A stretch of DNA of 64,000 nucleotides. Source: Salinivirgaceae bacterium. Lineage in GTDB: Bacteria > Bacteroidota > Bacteroidia > Bacteroidales > SZUA-534. The stretch covers positions 42,925 through 106,924 of the forward strand of contig JBAYKX010000001.1 in NCBI GenBank assembly GCA_041664345.1. The letters are read 5' to 3'. The position numbers were made by a program, and so were the translations under genes. The notes under the pieces are model-generated. The model saw nothing but the letters and a program-made list of their open reading frames with translations, was not told where the DNA came from and did not search any database. Below, one piece after another: positions 55,187 through 64,000 of this stretch (position 1 is its first letter; every line of letters starts with the position of its first letter).

Positions 55187-58100
55187 CTACTTATTGAATA
55201 GGAGCGTTTTGTATATTATTTGTTTGTCAATGGTGAGTTTAATCAGGAAAATTCCCGATTGCACCGATAGTTGGTTCATGTCCCAAGTAATTTCCGATGA
55301 CGGGTTATCAAGTTTTGGTGTTCCAATTACGCGGCCTGTTACATCCAACAGTTCCAATTGGTCAATAACTAAATCTTCGCTTGTATTTAAGGTAACAGTG
55401 CCTAACGTGGGGTTAGGATAAAGCGAAACTTTTGATGAAATCTATGAATCCCTGATCCCGGTTGGTAACACATTAACTTTTATGGTTTCCGGTTCGCTGT
55501 TCGATATTCCATCGTTTACCGTGAGTTCCAGTATAAATTCACCCTCTTTGTCGAGGCGCAGAATGGAAATTGGTTGGTCAAACTGGTAAAGCTGACCTTT
55601 ACTATCAGTAGGTTTCGAAATCAACTTCCAGGAATAAGATAAAGCATCGCCGTCAACATCGTAGCTGTTTGAACCATCGCAATAAAAATATTTTTCACTT
55701 ATTGATAGCGTTGTATCAATTGCTAAAACGGCCACCGGGCGGTTTGATGCAATGATTGTAACCACATCGGGAACACTGTTATTTACTCCATCATTCACCG
55801 TTAAGCTTATTTTGTAAATACCGGCCACATCGGGTGTAAAAGCAATATCCTGCTGGGTCGGATTGCTTATGTTGGCTTCACTGGAAGCCGGTTTTTCCTC
55901 CAAATTCCAATCAAAAGTCAAGGTGTTTGAGGTTTGACTCATACTTAATGTGCCTGAAAAAGAAACGGCCATTCCGGGAGCAACCACGGTGTCGTTTCCG
56001 GCAATGGCTATTGGTAAATTGTATTGCGATTAAAACTTTATTTTAAACGCAATTCCTTTTGAGAATTCCGGAAGTTGCAACTGATTAGTCAATTGAATCA
56101 AGGCTACATTTACTGTCTTAATTACCTCGCCGCTTACCGGTAGATAATAGGATATAGTATAATTGGCAAAAGGAATGTTTTTGAGTTCGCATACTGCACC
56201 GGTAATGTTGTTGCTAAAATTGGGGTCGTAACTGTAACCGTAAAAACTTTTGCCTGACGATAAACCCAATGTTTTGAATGTTTTAGTGGAATGATTTATG
56301 GTAACCGGGTAACTTTCTAAGGTAGTTTCAGCCCCAAAATCTTCTTCCGCCAAATAGTCCATGGGCATGGTAAACAAACCAGCCCACGATAAATCGAGGT
56401 AATGTTCCCAAATCCACATATAATGAGGAACTTGAGTCATAATTCCATTCCATATAGCGTTCCGTTGCATATCAATAGGCACATCAGCTTCTACATTGGT
56501 TCCGTATTCACCATTTATTATAGAGGTATTGTTGAGTTTATTCTGAAAGTCAAAGTCCAGATTCACTTGATCATCAAGCATCTTGTCGGAATACAAATGG
56601 TATTGCAGCACATCCAATTCCTTAATGGTATCTAATTGTAATAGCTGGTTGTTATCGGCACTGGTAGTTTGAATGTGGTTAAACGGGTCGATGGATGCCA
56701 CGTATTGGCTCATTTCGCTATGCCAGGTCATAACTCCGGGCCACCATTGAGCCGTTTGACTGTTATGGATTCCGGTGAATTGCACTTCGTTAAAGAATTC
56801 CCAAGCAAATAGGTTTTTGGAATATCCCCAACGAGCCACAATATAACGGAGCAATTTTTTAGTCTGTTTTTTACAGTCGGCATTGTAAAAATACTCTTCG
56901 GCGCGGGTTACATAACCTCCGTTTGCTATATTGTAAGGGTTATCGGCCCACATGGGATTCACATTTTCGGAAAACATGCCGTGTTGAAAAATAGCCAACT
57001 GCATATAAACGTTGGTAGCTTCACCCAGGTTCAACAGCGAATCGGTCATGGCTGCTGCTTTTTGACTGTAGTAGCCCAATCCATCGTAAAAAGTTGTTTT
57101 TTTCCACTCCAACGCTTGCTGGGCAAAAGGGGTGTGCCAATATCGGAACGTGTTGGCTTTTGATTCTGATAAATTTTGAATGGTTTGGATGTAATTGGGC
57201 ATATTGTTCCACCCTATATTTATTCCCATGGGATAAAACGATTCGCCAGTGGTGTGGCGGTAGTATTGATAGTTGCTGGCATCGTTATGAATAAAACCTT
57301 TGTTGTTGCCTTGAGCCACTTCAATTTCAGCAATATCGGAACTTACGGTTCCACTCTCATCAGTAACCTTCACTATTACTGAATGGGTACCCACTTGTTG
57401 GGTGTTAAAACGGAACATCCATGCCTGAAAGCTGGAATCGGCTATCCATGCAGTGTTTTCGAGCCGGGCTTTCATATAGTAAAAGCAGGGAATGATGATT
57501 TTTTTGCCATCGGGACACGTTATTTCAGCGTCTGCTTTAACCTCATCGGGATTATACACATTGGTATAATTGGCATTAATCTGGAAAATACCTTCTATTT
57601 TTTTGTTGACTTCCGGTTGCTGGGTAGCAAAAGTAAGTTTGCTCAGTTTTTGTTCCGGATCCATCACAAATAGGGTGGTTGAAGCACTTGATTTTTTCCC
57701 ATCGTTATCGGTTAACGTCAATTTCAAGGTATAGATGCTATCTTGCAAATAGGTATGTATAGCAGTTACCCCACTATCTGTTGAACCATCGCCAAAATCC
57801 CAATGATAATCGGTAATCTGTCCGTCGTAGTCGTACGATTCGGAGGCATCCATCGAAATTTGTTCGCCAATATTAACCTTGGTATCCGAAACAGTGAACA
57901 ATACTTTTGGGGAACCATCGCCCAATTCGGGATTGCTCAGTTGCACATCATCGAACCAAACATCTGCTTCACCTTCACCTTCATTATCAACACAAGCTGC
58001 TAATTGCAACGAGGTAAACTGTTGCTGCATGGCCGGGGTCAAATCCATTTTGCATTCTACCCAAGTATTGGCCGGAGGTTGGAACGCCCATTCGGGTGCC

Positions 58101-58441
58101 CAGTCTTCGATGGGAACCTGACTTCCGTTCCAGAATTTGGCAAAAATACGACCTTGAGCACTGCAACGGAGTTTAAAGGTTAAGGTATTGTTATAACCAA
58201 TATTTATTCCATTTGGAAAGTTCATGGTAACATAATGCCAGTTGCCTGCAAGTTTTTTATAATAACCCACTTTGGCACTGGGGTTTGAGCCACTTGCATC
58301 GGGATTGTCCACCACGCCAAAAGTTCCTTCAGCGCTTAACTCGGGTGTAGTGCCTGCGGTTTCAAAATCTGCAATCATTTGTGCCGAAAGCCAAGCGGTT
58401 AATTGAAAGGCAAAAAAGGTCAGAAGTATCAGTTTTTTCAT
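55187..58441 (-). pseudogene. T9SS-secreted multidomain glycoside hydrolase (CBM-like, PKD, DUF5060-like, clan GH-A barrel, 2x PKD, T9SS CTD) with two in-frame stop codons
   Basis: One frame runs from the ATG at 58441 to the TAG at 55187-89. It is interrupted only by TAA (56030-32) and TAG (55442-44). Recognisable parts are a signal peptide (AWLSAQ), a PKD domain (DYHWDFGDGS) and a GH-A acid/base context (AWEFFNEV). After the first stop come PKD-like repeats (PIAIAGNDTVV...). After the second stop comes a CTD (LYPNPTLGTVTLN...SGIFLIKL...LLFNK). Confidence 0.7.
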
Positions 58442-58739
58442 TGGTCTGTGTTTTATTTTTTTATATTTTGAATGTTGTGATTTAAAAGTTGTTTCTCTTA
58501 ATTTTTAAATTAGAACTGAAAGCCACAAAATTAATTGAAATAACCACCAACCATTGTAAGAAATGTATCCGGTACTATAACGTATGTACTATTTTTAAAT
58601 TACCCAGTAATTCATTGCAACTTTCATTTGAAAAGCATACCATAAAAAGGGTATATAAAATGCCCTTTCTGTGGGATTTCACATTTTTTTAAATCAAACC
58701 AACTTTGTATCGTAATAAAAATCAGTAACAATTTTGAAA

Positions 58740-59192
58740 ATGAAAAACTACGCATTTTGCCCCATTTCCGATACAAGAATCAACGAACGGGTTGCCCGCA
58801 CCAATGGTGTTATTACTGTATTAATTCTTTTAGCTTTTGGCTATTCACAAAACCTCCTGTTAATAGTATTCCTGGGAATTGATTTCTTCTTCAGGGCTAC
58901 TCCCTATTCAAAATACAGCTTGGTGGGAATTACTTCGCGCACCATTGTAAAGCACCTGCCGTTTGAGATACAATTGATAAATGCTGGGCCTAAGATTTTT
59001 GCAGCACGCATTGGGTTGCTTTTTACTGCATTAATAATCCTTTCTGCACTCTTTTCATTGGTAACTGCATCATTGGTAATTGCAGGAGTTTTAGCGTTGT
59101 TTTCCCTTTTAGAAGGCGCTTTTGGAATATGCATAGCCTGCATTATTTACCCATACATTTATAAACTTACCTACCGTGCAAAATTCAGTTAA
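58740..59192 (+). CDS. DUF4395-like small membrane protein
   Basis: About 150-aa ORF from the ATG at 58740, with N-terminus CPISDTRINERVARTNG followed by 3-4 TM helices. The family call is tentative. Confidence 0.5.
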   Translation: MKNYAFCPISDTRINERVARTNGVITVLILLAFGYSQNLLLIVFLGIDFFFRATPYSKYSLVGITSRTIVKHLPFEIQLINAGPKIFAARIGLLFTALIILSALFSLVTASLVIAGVLALFSLLEGAFGICIACIIYPYIYKLTYRAKFS

Positions 59193-59212
59193 CGCTATTA
59201 TTTTAAAAAGGG

Positions 59213-60022
59213 CTATTCGTTTTGGTTATAAATATCCTGAACTACTAATCCGGCAAGCATAAAACCATAAATAGCGGTAATGTGTGCAACCGTTCCATTA
59301 ATTACCGCTTTTTGGCTACACCACTCGTGTTCGGCCAAATCAGGATCGCCTGGAGCATACTTTAATTTTGGACACAAACAGGCATCGGTACCACAGGAGG
59401 CACCTTGACCTTTATTAGCAAGCAATTCCTCACTGTAAACACACATAAACTCTTTAGCTGGTAAGTCGCCTTTCCGTATCTTTTTTCGAAGGATTGCCCC
59501 AAACGGACAGCCTTTTACCTTCCAAAATTCGGCCACACGAATTTTAGTTGGATCCATTTTTAACGATGCACCCATCGATGAAAAGAACACAGCATTTGTG
59601 CGAGTGGCTTTGCGTATTAAATCAATTTTATTGCTGAGGCTGTCAATGGCATCAATTATATAGTGGTATGAATCCAGATCAAAGGAATCGGAAGTTTCCG
59701 GTTCATATATTTTCTGAATGGCTTGAATGTTAGCCGATGGATTAATTTCAAGGAGCCGTTGCTTAAGCACATCCGTCTTTACTTTGCCAACGGTTTCTGT
59801 GGTAGCATGCAACTGACGGTTAATATTGGTAATGCAAACCAAGTCGGAATCCACAATGGTCAACTGTTGTATTCCGCTCCTTATGAGGCTTTCGGCACAC
59901 CAGCTTCCTACACCTCCGATACCAAAAATAATTACCCGCTTCGATGCCATGTTTGTCATGACCTCGTTCCCCAACAGCAACTCCGTCCGCTGAAATATTC
60001 CTTTTTTTGATGCCATTAACAA
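59213..60022 (-). CDS. tcdA: tRNA threonylcarbamoyladenosine dehydratase (ThiF/E1-like)
   Basis: It is colinear with E. coli TcdA/CsdL as I recall it: RVIIFGIGGVGSW, DLVCITNINRQ and IDAIDS. The start could be the ATG at 60016. Confidence 0.85.
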   Translation of the reverse strand: MLMASKKGIFQRTELLLGNEVMTNMASKRVIIFGIGGVGSWCAESLIRSGIQQLTIVDSDLVCITNINRQLHATTETVGKVKTDVLKQRLLEINPSANIQAIQKIYEPETSDSFDLDSYHYIIDAIDSLSNKIDLIRKATRTNAVFFSSMGASLKMDPTKIRVAEFWKVKGCPFGAILRKKIRKGDLPAKEFMCVYSEELLANKGQGASCGTDACLCPKLKYAPGDPDLAEHEWCSQKAVINGTVAHITAIYGFMLAGLVVQDIYNQNE

Positions 60023-60100
60023 TTTTGTTTTTAATGCATTTCAGTTACTCAATTTAGAACTGAGGCCGCAAATTTATAAAAAAAGTTAGTGTGGCAAATG

Positions 60101-60128
60101 CTACCGCACGAGTCCCCTCGTGTGGTAG
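60101..60128. repeat. Short hairpin repeat (inverted copy of 974-1000)
   Basis: CTACCGCACGAG-tccc-CTCGTGTGGTAG. Confidence 0.6.
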
Positions 60129-60344
60129 GAAAACCTCTCCCTAAAAAAACTTAGGAATGCCCGCCAACAATAATGCGCATAATTTTAAGGTTTAGTAAAA
60201 TAAACCGAATTGCTTGCCATATCAGGTTTTTGCGCCAATAACGCGTTGCTTTTGTTGGTAAAGGTGGATACGACTCATCGTAGTATGCACGTACAATATT
60301 CTTAGCTATATAATAATTCTCCTAGTTTATGTAAAACAATTAAT

Positions 60345-61802
60345 TTATTCCGGAAGCAACCACCAAAATGGATAGCCTTTTGCTTTATGTAAAAACATAT
60401 AATGCAGGAATATTTTTATCCAATGTCCAGCCAGCCCAGCTTCGCCAACTGTATATTGAATGTCCCTTCCCCATTGAGGATACTTTTCCCAATCGGGGAC
60501 AATTGGAAATACGGTCATGGTTGCGGCGTTCCCTTTTAGCATACCGTAACCGGCTGAAACAACGCAGGCTGCACCCATCCGTCCCATCGAAGCTTTGTGC
60601 TTAAAGTCGGTTCGGCCCGTTTTTATATGTTCAACTATATTAAGTGCCACAATTTTGCCTATTACACCCGATGGCATACCTGTTCGGGGAGGTGCAGGGG
60701 TTATTAATGTACCATTGGGGCTTTTCATTGGTTTTGATATCTGGTGTGGAGGCGCAAATGCAATTCCAGGGGCAAAAATATTTGGGAAAACAGGACTTTG
60801 GTAAGTCGATGGCCAATCGTCAACCGACCAATCCTCGAATTCCTTGGCAGAATAGTCGGCATCAACTTTCATAAACCCATTGGGCGCAAATAACTGTGCT
60901 GTTATATCTTCGCCGGTTTTATTAAAGGCTTTTAATCCCACACCTGCAAAAGCGGGAATGAGCATGGCAAAATCAAAACTTATGGTTTTCATTTCCCCGG
61001 TAAGTGTTTCGTAGTGAGCCAAGCCCTCTTCAACTTTTATTACTCCCGCTCTTTTTATCCATTTTATACCATATTCTGCAAAAATTGACTCACTAAATAC
61101 TTTTGTTGGCGTTATATTACCACCCCTTTTAATAAAAGCACCACCCATTCCAAAATCGCCCAATTCGTATTCGTTCGAAATCCAGGTAATATCTGCTTTA
61201 TCTTGCAACCCTCTTTCTTTTATTTGGTGCGCTACATTAAGTGCATATTCAAAAGCTGCCCCCTGGCAGGTGGCTGTTGGATGCCCTGTACCAATAAGGA
61301 AGCGAATTTTTTCGCCATTTTGCATTCTCGTAAAGCAGCCTTTAAGCGCTTCCCAAGTTGAAGCCGCATGGTCGCAACTGCAAACCGAATGGGTAAATTT
61401 ACCGGGGCCGAGGCCATCGGTAGCGGCAAAATTCAACTTTGGGCCGGTGGCATTTACAAGATAATCGTAATCAATGTTCTCCGTTTTCCCCTTATTGTCT
61501 TCATCGGTATATTCAATAGTTACAAAAGGGCGCTCCAATCCATTGCCTCCTTCCGGGAAAATAGCGGTAGTCTTGGCTTGCCGGAAATCAATGCCCCATC
61601 GGTCGTACACTTTTTTTAATTTAAAGCGTACCTGGTCAATTGTCATTTTGCCAACTCCCACCCATATATTCGACGGTATCCATTGATAATAGGCCGTGGG
61701 GCATACTACAACAACCTGGTGTTTTTTACCAAGCTTCTTTTTAAGAAATGCAGCAGCCGTGTGACCTGAGATTCCTGCCCCTAATACCAGAATTTTTGCC
61801 AT
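60345..61802 (-). CDS. sqr: Sulfide:quinone oxidoreductase-type FAD-dependent oxidoreductase
   Basis: 485-aa ORF with a Rossmann motif ILVLGAGISGHTAA. It is colinear with SQR as I recall the Aquifex enzyme: DYDYLVNATGPKLNF, TCQGAAFEYAL and PRTGMPSG. The C-terminus is amphipathic. Confidence 0.75.
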   Translation of the reverse strand: MAKILVLGAGISGHTAAAFLKKKLGKKHQVVVVCPTAYYQWIPSNIWVGVGKMTIDQVRFKLKKVYDRWGIDFRQAKTTAIFPEGGNGLERPFVTIEYTDEDNKGKTENIDYDYLVNATGPKLNFAATDGLGPGKFTHSVCSCDHAASTWEALKGCFTRMQNGEKIRFLIGTGHPTATCQGAAFEYALNVAHQIKERGLQDKADITWISNEYELGDFGMGGAFIKRGGNITPTKVFSESIFAEYGIKWIKRAGVIKVEEGLAHYETLTGEMKTISFDFAMLIPAFAGVGLKAFNKTGEDITAQLFAPNGFMKVDADYSAKEFEDWSVDDWPSTYQSPVFPNIFAPGIAFAPPHQISKPMKSPNGTLITPAPPRTGMPSGVIGKIVALNIVEHIKTGRTDFKHKASMGRMGAACVVSAGYGMLKGNAATMTVFPIVPDWEKYPQWGRDIQYTVGEAGLAGHWIKIFLHYMFLHKAKGYPFWWLLPE

Positions 61803-62074
61803 GGTTTTTATTGTTTTGTGTTTAATTAAATGGGTAATGAATAATTTTCCGCAAGAATGACTAATTCAAACATTAAATTTATATGTATGCCGATAAAAAT
61901 ACAAACTTCGGTGATTAAAATCAAAACAATTAACTGTATTTAAAATCATTCCCTTTCTGAAAACCATTTAAGATAGCCACTATGTTTTAAAGAATCTTTT
62001 TGAACAAGCTAAAAACTTTGCCGGTTCTAAAATTATAATCACTTTCGTTTCAAATTCTTTCTAATAATATACTT

Positions 62075-63943
62075 ATGGACAAACATAAATTTCTAGAATT
62101 TGTAAAAGGTGTAAGCCTTTTCGATTCGTTGAATGAACGCGAAATAGAACAGTTAGCTGTTCACTTAGAAAGTAAAAGTTATCAAAAAGGAACCTATCTT
62201 TTTAAAGAAGGAACCGCCCGCGATGCTGTTTACATTATCTACGAAGGTGAGGTTGAATTATTTAAAAGTACTCCATTTGGTGAGGAAAAACGATTGTCGT
62301 TTTTCAGAAAATTCGATTTTATGGGCGAAGGCTCTTTAATGGAAAACTCTCCACATTCTTCTACAGCAAGAGCCATGACAGACGTTACAGCTCTGAGGTT
62401 GAGTAAAGAAACATTACTCGATATTTTCAGCCGTGAGGGAGAATTAGCCGCAAAGTTTTATAAATTTCTGGCTAAATTAATTGCCCGTCGAATGGATCAT
62501 GCCAATTCGCATATAGTAAATATTGGAACTCAATATGTTTCAGGGCGCTCCAGAACTGAACACGACTTGCTGGGCGACCGCGAAGTACCTGCTGAAGCTT
62601 ATTATGGAGTGCAAACGCTACGAGCCATGGAAAACTTCAACATAAGTGGGGTTACTATAAGTTTTTACCCCGTGTTTGTTCAATCGCTGGCAATTGTTAA
62701 AATGGCTGCTGCCAAGGCAAACTACGATCTAGGTTTATTGGATAAAACCTTAACCGAAGCCATTGTAAAGGCCTGCGATGAAATAATAAAAGGTAAATTC
62801 CATCGGAACTTTGCTGTAGATATGATTCAAGGAGGTGCCGGAACTTCTACCAACATGGCTGCCAACGAAGTTATTGCCAACCGTGCATTGGAGATTCTTG
62901 GTCACAAAAAAGGAGAATATCAATATTGCCACCCCAATAACCATGTAAACCTCAGCCAATCAACCAACGATGCCTATCCTACTTCGGTTAAAATAGCACT
63001 CATGCTCAATAACGCAAGGTTTATTGAGGTACTCAAGGACTTGATTGCATCGTTCCGTGAAAAAGCCCGCGACTTCCGTGATGTAATAAAAATGGGTCGA
63101 ACCCAGTTACAGGATGCCGTGCCCATGACCTTAGGACAAGAATTTGAAGCTTATGCGGTTACCCTTTCTGAAGAAATTGAAAGACTGGAGCAAAACGTTA
63201 GCCTGTTTTTAGAAGTTAACATGGGTGCTACTGCTATTGGAACCGGCATCAATTCTGAGCCCGGATACAGTGATCTTTGCATCGATTACCTGCGTGAAAT
63301 TACAGGCATGGATATTAAACTAGCCGGAAATCTGATTGAAGCCACCCAAGATACCGGTGCATTTGTTATGTATTCATCGGCTATTAAAAGGTTGGCTGTA
63401 AAACTTTCAAAAATTTGTAACGACTTACGCTTACTTTCTTCTGGTCCCCGCACTGGTTTTGGCGAAATAAACCTTCCCCCAATGCAACCCGGTTCATCCA
63501 TAATGCCAGGAAAAGTAAACCCGGTAATTCCTGAAGTAGTAAACCAGATTGCTTTTAAAGTAATTGGAAACGATCTGTCGGTAACTTTAGCATCCGAAGC
63601 CGGACAGTTGGAATTGAACGTAATGGAGCCACTGATAGTGCAAAGTATCTTTGAAAGTGTGGAGATGCTTAAAAACGGAATGGAAGTGTTGAAATTCCGT
63701 TGCATCGATGGCATTACCGCAAATGTTGATCATTGCCGCAATTTGGTTTACCGCAGCATTGGACTGGTTACTGCATTGAACCCTGTCTTGGGATATGAAG
63801 CATCGTCAAAATTAGCTCAAGAAGCTTTAAAAACCGGACAGAGTGTTTACGATTTGGTTTTGGAACAAAAACTGCTTTCAAAAGAGGAACTCGATAACTT
63901 TCTGTTGCCTGAAAACATGATTAAGCCCCGCAAAATGCACTGA
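62075..63943 (+). CDS. aspA: Aspartate ammonia-lyase with an N-terminal cyclic-nucleotide-binding domain
   Basis: Residues from about 160 to 622 are colinear with E. coli AspA: EHDLLGDREVPAEAYYGVQTLRA, QSTNDAYPT, MGRTQLQDAVPMTLGQEF and GSSIMPGKVNPVIPE. Residues 1 to about 150 form a cNMP-binding-like beta-barrel (LFDSLNEREIEQLAVHLESKSYQKGTYLFKEGTARDAVYIIYEGEVELF...FMGEGSL). Confidence 0.9.
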   Translation: MDKHKFLEFVKGVSLFDSLNEREIEQLAVHLESKSYQKGTYLFKEGTARDAVYIIYEGEVELFKSTPFGEEKRLSFFRKFDFMGEGSLMENSPHSSTARAMTDVTALRLSKETLLDIFSREGELAAKFYKFLAKLIARRMDHANSHIVNIGTQYVSGRSRTEHDLLGDREVPAEAYYGVQTLRAMENFNISGVTISFYPVFVQSLAIVKMAAAKANYDLGLLDKTLTEAIVKACDEIIKGKFHRNFAVDMIQGGAGTSTNMAANEVIANRALEILGHKKGEYQYCHPNNHVNLSQSTNDAYPTSVKIALMLNNARFIEVLKDLIASFREKARDFRDVIKMGRTQLQDAVPMTLGQEFEAYAVTLSEEIERLEQNVSLFLEVNMGATAIGTGINSEPGYSDLCIDYLREITGMDIKLAGNLIEATQDTGAFVMYSSAIKRLAVKLSKICNDLRLLSSGPRTGFGEINLPPMQPGSSIMPGKVNPVIPEVVNQIAFKVIGNDLSVTLASEAGQLELNVMEPLIVQSIFESVEMLKNGMEVLKFRCIDGITANVDHCRNLVYRSIGLVTALNPVLGYEASSKLAQEALKTGQSVYDLVLEQKLLSKEELDNFLLPENMIKPRKMH

Positions 63944-64000
63944 TAAATTAACTTTTTTACTGACAAATAAATTGGCAATTCAATAGGTTACCCGCCTTGG

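Noticed and set aside
55187-58441. Stop-codon reassignment (alternative genetic code) as the explanation for the in-frame TAA and TAG.
   Set aside because: TAA, TAG and TGA all terminate well-defined full-length genes throughout the window, at positions matching the expected protein ends (e.g. gpmI TAG, GH30 TAA, comM TGA).
60151-60321. Open frame downstream of sqr on the minus strand (..IAKNIVRAYYDESYPPLPTKATRYWRKNLIWQAIRFILLNLKIMRIIVGGHS*).
   Set aside because: There is no ATG, GTG or TTG start before the last 9 codons, and it is not in frame with sqr. It is possibly a remnant or a non-canonical start and cannot be supported as a gene.

Overview
The window is a chromosomal segment of a Bacteroidota-type genome. 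Evidence for that placement: T9SS C-terminal sorting domains, a PorV-like barrel next to a giant gingipain/PorU-like C25 protein, a Y_Y_Y/AraC hybrid two-component system, a TonB-C protein, many SpII/SpI signal peptides, and one good TAnnTTTG -7 box upstream of gpmI. Most genes are housekeeping or envelope functions: gpmI, class II RNR nrdJ, waaA, comM, plsC, tcdA, yaaA, deoxynucleoside kinase, SQR, aspartase, peptidases and glycoside hydrolases. There are two tRNAs (Gln-UUG, Ala-GGC). I saw no rRNA, CRISPR array, integrase, transposase or reverse transcriptase.

Points worth a second look:
1. A composite repeat element is present in two full copies (27.6 kb and 35.3 kb). Each has a three-hairpin core flanked by arrays of degenerate heptamers, and there are related orphan 7- and 8-nt tandem arrays in other intergenic regions.
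2. A T9SS glycoside hydrolase has a single reading frame broken by exactly two in-frame stop codons, both at domain boundaries.
3. Cyclic-nucleotide-binding domains are fused to two unrelated proteins, a ZIP metal transporter and aspartate ammonia-lyase.
4. There is an exported WD40-caspase protein.
5. Next to it lies an AT-rich islet with an uncharacterised 2TM/coiled-coil protein and a higBA module.
6. Several genes are decayed: an HTCS, an outer-membrane protein, a GIY-YIG remnant and a DUF4160 remnant.
7. An OXA-like class D beta-lactamase sits in a second AT-rich patch.

All product calls rest on motifs recognised by eye in the supplied translations. No database search was run.
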